From Chthoniobacteraceae bacterium (GTDB taxonomy: Bacteria > Verrucomicrobiota > Verrucomicrobiia > Chthoniobacterales > Chthoniobacteraceae), in the NCBI GenBank assembly GCA_031409655.1, contig JANNXQ010000299.1:1-49766 (forward strand): 49,766 bases of DNA, given 5' to 3'. A program made the translations under genes and the position numbers. The notes under the pieces were generated by a model. That model saw nothing but the letters and a program-made list of their open reading frames with translations. It ran no database searches and had not been told where the DNA came from. Shown piece by piece: positions 1 to 8,426 of this stretch; within the stretch, counting starts at the first letter, position 1; each line of letters begins with the position of its first letter.

Positions 1-86
1 CCGAGGTCACCCCGGAAGCGTGGAGCAAAGCCCGGACGCAACGGCACGCACCGCGAGCCGCTGGGCTTGAGCGGTTCGCGCCGTGC
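1..86 (+). pseudogene. Possible 3' tail of an IS66-family transposase, cut by the window edge and abutting the next IS
   Basis: Frame 3 reads EVTPEAWSKARTQR, resembling the '(L/V)TPxAW' C-terminus of IS66 TnpC. GCGGTTCGCGCCGTGCT (71-87) resembles an IS66 right end lacking its final TAC. Very short, so weak. Confidence 0.3.
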
Positions 87-1413
87 TGTGGTGGTGCGAT
101 CAAAACCGGACACTCCGCTGCGTGGCGCTCTCCCCATCCCGCAGGGCCTCCTCCATCGTCGGCGCGATGAAAAACCTCAATGACCTCGCCGCCTCCCTCC
201 GCACCTGATCCGCCATCTCCTCGCCGAGCTTTGCGCGGGCAGGCTTTGCGCCTCCGCTCTCGCGCTCGAACTCGGCCTCGGCCGCACACGGATTTACGAG
301 CTTCGCACCGGGTATCTGCGCGCCTGTGCTCTCGGTGCGGCGGACGCCTGGCAACCGCGCGCTTCGGGCGGCGATCATCATCCAGACTGGCCGCCGGAGG
401 CCGTCGCGCTCGCCACCCGCCTGCTTTCCTCCTCGCCGCGCTCCTCCTACAGTGCCGTCGCCAGCGAGCTCTTACGCCGTCTCCATTTCAAGACCGACCG
501 CGCCAGTGTCCGCCGCTGGGCTCTCACCCACCGCCTCGCCCCGGACACCCGCTACAAAAAGCCCGCCAAGCCCGTCCGCCGCTGGCAGGCCAGCGACTAC
601 GGCGCGCTCTGGCAATACGACGCCTCCCCTCACGCCTGGCTCCCCGGCCAGCTGCAAAAACAAGCCCTCCTCGACATCCTCGACGACGCCACCCGCCTCA
701 ACACCGGTGCCCGTCTTTACCCTTCCGAGACGCTCCTCGCCCACTTCGATTTCCTCTCCCGCGTCTTCCTCGCCCACGGCCTCCCGCTCGCCCTCTACGT
801 CGATTACCATTCCTTCTTTTTCACCCACTCCCCGGACTCTTTCACCCAGCTCGGCGAGGCCCTCCATTTTTACGGCATCGCCCTGCGCTACGCCCCCACT
901 CCCCAGGCCAAAGGCAAGATCGAGCGCCGCCACGACTACTGGCAAAAACGGCTCCCGCCCTTGCTCGCCGCCGATCACATCCTCGCCCTCGAACCCGCCA
1001 ACGCCCTCCTCGAGCAACTCCGCGCCCACGCCAACGCCCACGAAATCCACCGCGAAATCGGCTCCACTCCCAGCGCCGCACACCAGCAGGCCCTCGCCCA
1101 AGACCGTTCCAGACTCCGCCCGCCTCCAGCCTGCCCTTGGTGGCGTTTCCTCTGGAGCCTCCGCTCCACCGTCCGTGTCGGCGACGACGGCAAAGTCCCC
1201 GTCCGCTCCCTCCGCCTCTCCGTGGACGCCCCGCCACGCTCGCGCCTCATCCGCTGCCTCCTCCCAGACGGCGACATTTTCTTCCTCAAATCCCCTCCCG
1301 CAAAATCCTCCCTCCCCCTCATCCTCCTCCATTCTCCGGTTTTCTAACCCTGCCTCAAAACCCTGTCCGGTTTTGATCGCACACAGAATTCCGGTTTTGA
1401 GTGATACACGACA
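87..1413 (+). mobile_element. IS1202-group (ISNCY/IS481-related) insertion sequence, ~1.33 kb
   Basis: TGT...ACA termini. Left end TGTGGTGGTGCGATCAAAACCGGAC matches the reverse complement of 1389-1413 (TGTCGTGTATCACTCAAAACCGGAA). Perfect 19-bp inverted repeat at 94-112 and 1364-1382. Encloses a DDE transposase ORF. Confidence 0.85.
205..1347 (+). CDS. DDE transposase (IS1202/ISNCY-type integrase core with N-terminal HTH); start uncertain, CTG at 205 proposed
   Basis: Frame 1 is open from 184 to 1347. Manual translation gives ALELGLGRTRIYELR (HTH), LWQYDASPHAWL, LLDILDDATR, GLPLALYVD and TQLGEAL..GIALRYAPTPQAKGKIER..WQKRL. The ORF track shows only the 961-1347 tail. Confidence 0.85.
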   Translation: MIRHLLAELCAGRLCASALALELGLGRTRIYELRTGYLRACALGAADAWQPRASGGDHHPDWPPEAVALATRLLSSSPRSSYSAVASELLRRLHFKTDRASVRRWALTHRLAPDTRYKKPAKPVRRWQASDYGALWQYDASPHAWLPGQLQKQALLDILDDATRLNTGARLYPSETLLAHFDFLSRVFLAHGLPLALYVDYHSFFFTHSPDSFTQLGEALHFYGIALRYAPTPQAKGKIERRHDYWQKRLPPLLAADHILALEPANALLEQLRAHANAHEIHREIGSTPSAAHQQALAQDRSRLRPPPACPWWRFLWSLRSTVRVGDDGKVPVRSLRLSVDAPPRSRLIRCLLPDGDIFFLKSPPAKSSLPLILLHSPVF

Positions 1414-1429
1414 TGAAAGGACATTTAAT

Positions 1430-1458
1430 TTGACAAAATATATCCGAGCGTCTTTTCT
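1430..1458 (+). promoter_or_regulatory. Possible sigma70 promoter for the surface-protein cassette
   Basis: Perfect TTGACA at 1430-1435 in AT-rich DNA. The -10 box at 17 bp spacing (TTTTCT) is weak. Confidence 0.3.
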
Positions 1459-1566
1459 GAAACTATTCGTTCCCCTCTGCGTTCAAACTTCTGCAGCAAC
1501 GCGCGAAATAATCTTTATCGGATTTTTCTTGCACAACCGACCACAATCAAAGTAAAAACCACATCA

Positions 1567-2643
1567 ATGAACCCCTCCAAACTGCTCAGCATCTCCGCCG
1601 CAGCCCTCTGCGTCCTCGTCTCGCCTTCCTTTGCGCAGACCACAGCCACTACCGACCCAGCTGGATTTATCACCGCGACCGTTGCGGGTGGTGGTTCGGT
1701 TGCCGCCCCGAAATTGTCGCTCATCTCGCCGACCCTCATGCAGCCCGTTGCGTGGCAGGGCGCGATCACCGCTTTTAACTCCGCAGCGAAGTCCCTCACC
1801 GTCTCTGGGACTCCATGGACGGCAAATCAGTTCAACGGCGCTGCTGGACTTCATTTCGTGGAGATTATTTCCAACACTGGTGCACCCAATCCAGTCCCTG
1901 GATTCTGGGCGGGTATCGTGACAACCGGAACGAATGTCATCACGACCGATGTTGACATGAGCAGTTATGCAGTGGTGGGTGCTGCAATTCGGATTCGGAA
2001 GCATGTGACGATTGGTAGCTTTTTCGGTGCTACGAATTCTGCTGGATTTCTGTCATCAGACGACCCGACAACTGCTGACGAAGTTCTGATTTACAGTAAT
2101 GGGACGGCGGCGTCTTATTTTTATTACATTGGCGGGGGAGGGTTCCCGGCCGGTTGGTACGATTCGAATTTCGCGTTGCCCGCTGGAGAAGCGGAGAAAG
2201 TTGCGATTGCTCCGTTTCAAGGTGTCGTAGTCAAGAGGAGGGCTGCAGCGGCATTGAATATCGTTTCGATCGGTGCGGTGAAAACTGGCAATACCCTCAC
2301 TCCCGTCCAGAACGCATTAAATGTGCTTGGGACCGTATCCGCTAAAGGGCTGACGCTCGACGGTAGTGGACTTTATACTGGAAACTTATCGACTGGCGTG
2401 AAGCCGTCCGATGACCCGACTACAGCTGACGAGGTGACCTTGTATTCGCCAGCGGGCGTTCCAACGAATTACTTCTACTACGTGGGTGGCGGTGGCTTCT
2501 TGGCTGGCTGGTACGACTCTGGATTTAGCACTGCCACTCCGATTGGTGGTACAGTTACGATTGCGGCTGGTACCTCAATTGTCGTCAATCGTCGTGGGGG
2601 CGGTAGCTTCAACTGGCCGCTTCCTTCGCCAACAAGTTTCTAG
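1567..2643 (+). CDS. Secreted TIGR02597-like Verrucomicrobia protein with internal duplication
   Basis: Signal peptide ending SFA|Q, then AQTTATTDPAGFIT. Two copies of SDDPTTADEV..YFYY.GGGGF.AGWYDS. C-terminal ..VNRRGGGSFNWPLPSP. Confidence 0.75.
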   Translation: MNPSKLLSISAAALCVLVSPSFAQTTATTDPAGFITATVAGGGSVAAPKLSLISPTLMQPVAWQGAITAFNSAAKSLTVSGTPWTANQFNGAAGLHFVEIISNTGAPNPVPGFWAGIVTTGTNVITTDVDMSSYAVVGAAIRIRKHVTIGSFFGATNSAGFLSSDDPTTADEVLIYSNGTAASYFYYIGGGGFPAGWYDSNFALPAGEAEKVAIAPFQGVVVKRRAAAALNIVSIGAVKTGNTLTPVQNALNVLGTVSAKGLTLDGSGLYTGNLSTGVKPSDDPTTADEVTLYSPAGVPTNYFYYVGGGGFLAGWYDSGFSTATPIGGTVTIAAGTSIVVNRRGGGSFNWPLPSPTSF

Positions 2644-2695
2644 TCGGACCGAAGTGTTTTACTCGATGGAAGTGCTTCAAATTTATTTTAACGTC

Positions 2696-3328
2696 ATGAA
2701 AAAAATACTAATTATATCACTTACACTTGCCGCATCCTTAGTTAAGGTAAATGCAGCAGCGATTACGTTCTCTGCGGTGCCAACCGCTAGAATCTTACAA
2801 GATCCCAGTGGAAATGCTATCCCAAATGCATTGGTCTTGGTCGGAACGTTTGACAACGTAGGAGCAATCTCATTGTTGAACCCGACGCGCTCAATGCAGC
2901 AGAACTTCGACCTCATGTCGCAGTCTGGAGGTTGGCGGCAATTTTCGCTTGGGGCGCTCACCTCGACATCCACCGGCAGAATTGGTGGAGCACAGAGCGT
3001 ATCGGACAGCAGCACGGTTGCTGACACGTTCAACGAGAAGCCGCTTTTCCTGTGGGTGTTTAACAAAGGCACTGTTGCAGGCTCAGATCAGGTCGGAATT
3101 TTTCGTTCTACTGGAACCGGCGCTTGGACCTTTCCAACCAATGGAACTGTGGGTGACAGTGTGACGTACTCCACCGCTCCGGCCGCTGCACCTACTATTC
3201 AGTCATTCGGCGGAGCGGGAACTCCATCGTCTAGCGCGCTCCGACTCACACCGGTTCCAGAGCCCGCAACCGCAGCTCTACTGATTGTTGGTTTGGTTGG
3301 CTATGCGAGCCGCCGTCGCCGGGCGTAA
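2696..3328 (+). CDS. PEP-CTERM sorting domain-containing protein (210 aa)
   Basis: Signal peptide MKKILIISLTLAAS. C-terminal VPEPATAALLIVGLVGYASRRRRA (PEP motif, TM helix, basic tail). Confidence 0.93.
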   Translation: MKKILIISLTLAASLVKVNAAAITFSAVPTARILQDPSGNAIPNALVLVGTFDNVGAISLLNPTRSMQQNFDLMSQSGGWRQFSLGALTSTSTGRIGGAQSVSDSSTVADTFNEKPLFLWVFNKGTVAGSDQVGIFRSTGTGAWTFPTNGTVGDSVTYSTAPAAAPTIQSFGGAGTPSSSALRLTPVPEPATAALLIVGLVGYASRRRRA

Positions 3329-3354
3329 CGTCAACGTTTTCGAATTTCAAATGT

Positions 3355-3392
3355 CAGAGAAGGCAAGCCGCAAGGCTTGCCTTTTCTGTTTT
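3355..3392 (+). terminator. Rho-independent terminator
   Basis: CAGAGAAGGCAAGCC-GCAA-GGCTTGCCTTTTCTG hairpin with a GNRA loop, followed by a T-tract. Confidence 0.85.
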
Positions 3393-3413
3393 CAGCAATA
3401 GCCTAAAAACACC

Positions 3414-4700
3414 ATGCCCCAATTCCGGTATGTAGCTCGCGATGCGTCAGGAAAGCTGATCGACGGGGTCTTGACGTGTAATGATCGTGCGGCGGCGATT
3501 TATCAGGTCGGACAACTCCGTTGCACACCCATCAAGATTGAACTCGTTGCTGGGGCGACTTCGGGAGGGAGCGCAACGCCCAGCGCTGCCCCGGCAGCAA
3601 AAAGTGATGCCGGGAAGCAGGGGCCAGCTTCCGTCTCGGCCGGTTCGCTTCAGACCCTGAGCCACGGTCATCAATACCTTTTCACCGAGCAACTCGCCCA
3701 TCTGCTGACAGCGGGCATGACGCTCGACGAAGCGCTCGGCGTCCTCGAGAAGCGGCTCAAGCATCCGAAGCTGAACAGTCTGTCCAAAGGTCTGCATCAA
3801 GCCTTGGTGGACGGGCGCAGCCTCTCCCAAGCACTCCGCGATTATCCGCGCATTTTCTCCCCCTTGTACGTCAATCTCGTCTCCGCGGGCGAGGCCAGCG
3901 GGGCCTTGGGTGACATCCTCAAACGCCTCGTCGCTCATCTTGCCGATGTGAAGGGCTTGCGGGACCGCGTCCAGCAAGCGCTCATCTACCCCGCCGTCCT
4001 GGTCGTCGCCGGCCTTGGTCTCATCGTCGTTTTCATGACGGTGATGGTCCCGAAGCTCACGACCTTCTTCAAGGGCACCGGCCAGGCGCTTCCACCCGCG
4101 ACCCAGATGCTGGTCACGGCCAACCACATCATCGTCACCTACTGGTGGGCCGGAATCCTTGCCGTCGGTGCTCTGGTGATGGTCTTCAAGGCCTTCACCC
4201 GAACTCCGGAAGGCAGGCGTGCATGGGACTACTTCACCTGGCGGATCCCGCTCTACAGCCTCATCATCCGCTATCGTTTCTACGCGCAGTTTGCCCGCAC
4301 CCTCGGTACTCTCGTGGAAAATGGCGTGACGCTCCTTCGCTCGCTCGAATTGCTTGAGGACGTGGCCGGAAATGAGTATGTCCGCACCCGGATGATCGAT
4401 GTGCGCAAAGCCGTCGTTGACGGCGCAACGCTCTCCATCGCGCTCGGTGAGCAAAAAATCTTCCCCGAACTCTTCATCGATATGATGGCCGTGGGTGAGC
4501 AGACCGGAAAATTCGGCAGCACCATGCAATTGATCGCGGACGTTTATGAGCGCGAATTGGACAAGCAGATCAAAATCGTTTCCACGCTCATCCCGCCAAT
4601 CGTGATGATCGCGATCGCCGCCATCGTCGGTCTCGTCGTCTACGGTATTCTCAGCGCCGTCTTTGGCCTCACTTCGGGTCTGCGCGGTGGGGTTCATTAG
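3414..4700 (+). CDS. gspF: Type II secretion / type IV pilus inner-membrane platform protein (GspF/PilC family)
   Basis: MPQFRYVARD N-terminus, FTEQLAHLLTAG, YVNLVSAGEASGAL, QFARTLGTLVENGV, MMAVGEQTG, three TM segments. Confidence 0.92.
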   Translation: MPQFRYVARDASGKLIDGVLTCNDRAAAIYQVGQLRCTPIKIELVAGATSGGSATPSAAPAAKSDAGKQGPASVSAGSLQTLSHGHQYLFTEQLAHLLTAGMTLDEALGVLEKRLKHPKLNSLSKGLHQALVDGRSLSQALRDYPRIFSPLYVNLVSAGEASGALGDILKRLVAHLADVKGLRDRVQQALIYPAVLVVAGLGLIVVFMTVMVPKLTTFFKGTGQALPPATQMLVTANHIIVTYWWAGILAVGALVMVFKAFTRTPEGRRAWDYFTWRIPLYSLIIRYRFYAQFARTLGTLVENGVTLLRSLELLEDVAGNEYVRTRMIDVRKAVVDGATLSIALGEQKIFPELFIDMMAVGEQTGKFGSTMQLIADVYERELDKQIKIVSTLIPPIVMIAIAAIVGLVVYGILSAVFGLTSGLRGGVH

Positions 4701-4828
4701 CGAAGTTTCGGAAAAACTTCCGAGGGAGTAGATGGCTCGCCCCGAGAGCGCCATCCCCCAATCTCCACGCAGAGCTCGGCTAAATTTGAACGCTGACAAA
4801 GCGATCTACTCCAACTAACCCTCTCCCC

Positions 4829-5842
4829 GTGCCTTCCCCTTTCCTCCCGCGCCTCCTCCGCTGCGTCCTTCTCGTAGCTTGCGCTCTGCCTTGGGTCTCG
4901 AATGCCCAGGACGTCAAGGTGCAGGCAACGCCCTTCTCTGTCTGGCTCGATCTTGAAATGTTGGCGGCGCCAAACCCACCGAAGCTTTCCCTCCCAATCT
5001 GGCTCGGTTCGGTGACCCGCAACGTCATCCCCGACGTCTTCGGCAAACCCGCAAAAACCGTCTTCCGGTTCCCCTTCCGGCGCTTCGGCGACCTCAACGA
5101 CCAGATCCTCCTTCGCGTCTTTTTTGACGACTTCAAAGGACTCGCACCCACTGTGACCGGCACCTCGCTCGGCGGCGTTCCTCGATTCCTTCACGGCCCC
5201 TTTGGTGCCGGGCTCGATCTTCCGAGTTCCGAGACCATAACCGTGCCGATGAATGGCATCGACATCATCGAGATCGAGGCTCCGGGCGAAGGTCGCAACC
5301 TGCGCGGCGCATTCATCACGACGCTCAAGCAATCCGAAGCCTGGCATGCGCTCGATTTCAATCCTGAGAGCAGTCTGATGGATCCGTTTAAGAATGCGCC
5401 GTCCTCCGAACCCGTGACCGACGACATGTCCCTCTATGGCCGTCTCCGGGCGACGATCGATCCAGGGATGATGAAATTGACTCCGCGCTCGGCGGACAGC
5501 GGCACGTGGGAATTCGAACTCGGCGCCCTCCCTCGCCTCGCCATCATCACTTTCGATATCCTCAATGCCGACGCGCTCGCCGCGCCGGAACTCACCGTGA
5601 ACGGCTTCGCCCTCGGGCCCGTCGCCCTCCAACTTCCCGACCTCGCCGATCCCGGGTACCAGGCGACCGTGCGCGCGATGGATGCGGACGTGCGCTTCCG
5701 CTACACGGGTTGGCTGCGTTGTCAGAAGGCCGTTCCCGCTTCGTTGCTCGCGTTGGGATTGAACAAAATCACCGTCCAACTCTCTAAAGAATCAGGGGCT
5801 GTCGCCGTTCGTTCCTTGGAGTTACAGCTCAAGAATAACTGA
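4829..5842 (+). CDS. Exported hypothetical protein located between gspF and gspG
   Basis: 337-aa ORF with genome-like codon usage and a signal peptide (..WVSNA|QD). No family recognised. Confidence 0.75.
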   Translation: MPSPFLPRLLRCVLLVACALPWVSNAQDVKVQATPFSVWLDLEMLAAPNPPKLSLPIWLGSVTRNVIPDVFGKPAKTVFRFPFRRFGDLNDQILLRVFFDDFKGLAPTVTGTSLGGVPRFLHGPFGAGLDLPSSETITVPMNGIDIIEIEAPGEGRNLRGAFITTLKQSEAWHALDFNPESSLMDPFKNAPSSEPVTDDMSLYGRLRATIDPGMMKLTPRSADSGTWEFELGALPRLAIITFDILNADALAAPELTVNGFALGPVALQLPDLADPGYQATVRAMDADVRFRYTGWLRCQKAVPASLLALGLNKITVQLSKESGAVAVRSLELQLKNN

Positions 5843-5877
5843 TCGAGCGTGCGGCCTTCCTGCTTAATTATTTTCCC

Positions 5878-6315
5878 ATGAAACGCTCCCTCCGCCGCAA
5901 CACCCCCGCTTTCACCCTGCTTGAGATCATGCTGGTCGTGCTGATCATCGGTCTCCTCATCGGCATGGCGATCAAGTTCACCGCTGGCCATATCGGAACG
6001 GCGCAAACTGTCCGGGTGAAAGGCGACATCGAAAACTACCGGACGCTGCTCTTGATGTATCAGACGCAAAACGGGTTTCTGCCCAGCACCGAGCAGGGCT
6101 TGAAGGCCCTCGTGGCCAAGCCCGAAACAGACCCGCGCCCTCGCAACTGGCGCCAGTTGACCGATCAGCCTCTGCGGGATCCATGGGATCTGGAGTACTT
6201 CTTCGTGGCTCCCGGTAAGCACAATGCCTCGGGCTACGACATCTTCTCCGCTGGCGCGGATCGCATTCCCGACACCGCCGACGACATCGGCAATTGGGAA
6301 AACGCCATCAAGTAA
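5878..6315 (+). CDS. gspG: Type II secretion major pseudopilin GspG
   Basis: Prepilin site A|FTLLEIMLVVLII, PSTEQGLKALV, DPW..EY, YDIFSAGAD..DTADDIGNW. Confidence 0.93.
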   Translation: MKRSLRRNTPAFTLLEIMLVVLIIGLLIGMAIKFTAGHIGTAQTVRVKGDIENYRTLLLMYQTQNGFLPSTEQGLKALVAKPETDPRPRNWRQLTDQPLRDPWDLEYFFVAPGKHNASGYDIFSAGADRIPDTADDIGNWENAIK

Positions 6316-6336
6316 GCTCCGCTCTTGATTCGAGCC

Positions 6337-7665
6337 TCACTGCATCGGCAGTTTGATCTCGACGCGTTTTTGGCCCCGGAGGACCGTCGCGGATACGACT
6401 TCGCCAGCCATATGTTTGGTCAGCAAGTGCCCGATTAGCTCGCCTTCGGTCATGCGGCTTGAAACTCCCGCGATCTCGACCAGCACGTCCTCTGCACTCA
6501 CGCCGGCATTCTTGGCCGCGGCGTGTTTTCCAAACTTCCCCACGCCCTTGACGTAGAGCGCCAGCTTGCCTTTCTCGATGCCACGCTGAGCACGCTCTGC
6601 ATCGGGCAATTCTTCCAGGACCATCCCGCCCGTGGCCATGCCCCGCATCGGCCAGACACCCACTCGTTTCGAGATGTCGGTCCGGGTGCGCCAGCCTTCC
6701 GGTAAAGTGATCGTTAGTGCCTTCTTCACCCCATTCCGGACCACGACGGCGGCGAGCTTGCCGGATTCCGGAGCACGGTGCAGCACCCAACTGAGATCTG
6801 CACTGGAAATGAGCGCCTGATTGGCGAGCGAGAGCAAGTCGTCGCCGGGCAAGAACCCCGCCGCCGCACTTATCGAACTGGCAGCAACCGATCCGATACG
6901 CGCGGCCTGGTCCGGAGCCAAGGTCAGTCCGATCGTCTCCGGCGAGGGCTGCGGATAGATGAGGTTGAGCGGCATCCGTTCACCTTTTTCCCGGACCGCG
7001 GTGCGAAAGGCATCGCCGATTTGGTGGCAGTGGACGCAGCTCTGCACGACCTTCCCCTGCCAATCGAGTTCGCGAGGGTAGCGAGCCGCGAGGGCGGGGA
7101 TTTCCACCGGCATCTTGAAAGGCGTCGGACCGCCTTGTTTTCCTTCGAGCGAGGCTTTGTTTGCGGGATAGCCGCGGTGGATTCCGAGTGCTCCCTCCAG
7201 GGCCACTTTGTAGCCTGCGGTCGTCGCATCCTGAGTATCGCGTTGGTGCTTCCACGAGCCGTAGCGCCCGTAAACCGTCCCGTCGCCATTGAAGAACAGC
7301 GTGGAAAACGATAAGTCGTAGTCGAACTGGAAACGCGCGAGATCCAGCGTGTTGGCATTGATCAACCGCACGCACACGAACTGATCGAGCAGGGGAGTGA
7401 GCTCCGTTTCCTGCAGGAGCACTTGGGCATCGATGCCCGCGCACGCGAGACACGGGACGCACCGCAGCACGACGAGCAAAGGTTTGCCCGTGCGTTTCGC
7501 TTCCGCAAAGCCGCGCTCAAAGTCATTGTAGATCCACCGCGCATCGCCAAATATGGCCGCGCGATCCTTCCGCACGGCGCCTTCCCGATCCTTCACCGTT
7601 TCCGCCACGCCGTTGCAAGCGGCCATGAACAAAGCGAGAGCGAGGAGTCGGAGTGGGGAGTGCAT
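6337..7665 (-). CDS. Thioredoxin-like/PDZ domain protein (Trx7-PDZ type, Cys form) with a CxxCH motif; probable lipoprotein
   Basis: Lipobox-like FMAAC, AKRTGKPLLVVLRCVPCLAC, SCVHCHQ, and two PDZ-like segments (AAAGFLPGDDLLSL; AAKNAGVSAEDVLVEI). Confidence 0.75.
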   Translation of the reverse strand: MHSPLRLLALALFMAACNGVAETVKDREGAVRKDRAAIFGDARWIYNDFERGFAEAKRTGKPLLVVLRCVPCLACAGIDAQVLLQETELTPLLDQFVCVRLINANTLDLARFQFDYDLSFSTLFFNGDGTVYGRYGSWKHQRDTQDATTAGYKVALEGALGIHRGYPANKASLEGKQGGPTPFKMPVEIPALAARYPRELDWQGKVVQSCVHCHQIGDAFRTAVREKGERMPLNLIYPQPSPETIGLTLAPDQAARIGSVAASSISAAAGFLPGDDLLSLANQALISSADLSWVLHRAPESGKLAAVVVRNGVKKALTITLPEGWRTRTDISKRVGVWPMRGMATGGMVLEELPDAERAQRGIEKGKLALYVKGVGKFGKHAAAKNAGVSAEDVLVEIAGVSSRMTEGELIGHLLTKHMAGEVVSATVLRGQKRVEIKLPMQ

Positions 7666-7742
7666 GACTTACGGTTTGAACCTAATCAGTGAATTTGCAA
7701 CTCCCCCGCTGCCAGCGTGCCCTGAAAGGGATTGGCGCCGCC

Positions 7743-8426
7743 TCAGCGCTTCGCAGCGCCTTTGATGCTGAAGTCGTCGTAATGCACGTCCACCGCATTG
7801 GTCGTGAGACTGACGAGCGACTTGGTATCGTGCGCGATGCCGGCGGACTTGAAACTCCCGACGGGCTTGCCGTCGATACTCACGCTGATCTCATCGCCTG
7901 TCGTCTGCACGACGAGCGTGTGCCAATCGTTCAGCGCGAGCTTCACCGGGAAACGCGTGCCTTTCGCGACGAGCATCTTTTTCTCCTCGTCGGTAAGTTG
8001 GTTCGCCTTCTTCCGATCGTAGAGGCCGCCCTCGAGAGTGAAGCCGCCGGTCTTCGCATCGGACAGATTCACGGACGTGGGGCTGATCGTCGCCTGGCAG
8101 ATGTGCCCGGCGTGCGAGCCTTTGTAGCCCTTGTCGTCGAACCACACGTTAAAGCTCTTCGCCTTGTCGCTCACGAAACAGAACTTCACCGCCACCTCGA
8201 GATCGCGCTCGCCGTCGAACTTGATGTTATCGACCGCCGAGTGATCGGAGGTCGGGGCGGTGATGCCGACGAGCACGCCGTCCTTCACGACGCTGGAACT
8301 CTTGTAGTGCCCCCAGCGCGGGCCGAAGGCGTTGCTGGAAAAGTCATCGGCAAAAATGACGCGCGAGTATTCGCCAGCAAAGGCAACGGTGGAGAGGAGC
8401 GAGGTGAGAAGGAGGAGGGTTTTCAT
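7743..8426 (-). CDS. Secreted ConA-like/DUF1080-like beta-jelly-roll protein
   Basis: Signal peptide MKTLLLLTSLLSTVAFA, IFADDFS, WHTLVVQTTGDEISVSIDGKPV, VHYDDFSI. Confidence 0.65.
   Translation of the reverse strand: MKTLLLLTSLLSTVAFAGEYSRVIFADDFSSNAFGPRWGHYKSSSVVKDGVLVGITAPTSDHSAVDNIKFDGERDLEVAVKFCFVSDKAKSFNVWFDDKGYKGSHAGHICQATISPTSVNLSDAKTGGFTLEGGLYDRKKANQLTDEEKKMLVAKGTRFPVKLALNDWHTLVVQTTGDEISVSIDGKPVGSFKSAGIAHDTKSLVSLTTNAVDVHYDDFSIKGAAKR

Noticed and set aside
180..1555. Long Pro/Arg/Ser-rich ORFs 180-1376 (+) and 326-1555 (+), and 472-1332 (-)
   Set aside because: Alternative frames of the C-rich transposase gene. The DDE motifs are in frame 1 (184-1347).
7440..7470. Selenocysteine in the Trx/PDZ protein
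   Set aside because: The CVPCLAC codons are TGC/TGT and there is no in-frame TGA.
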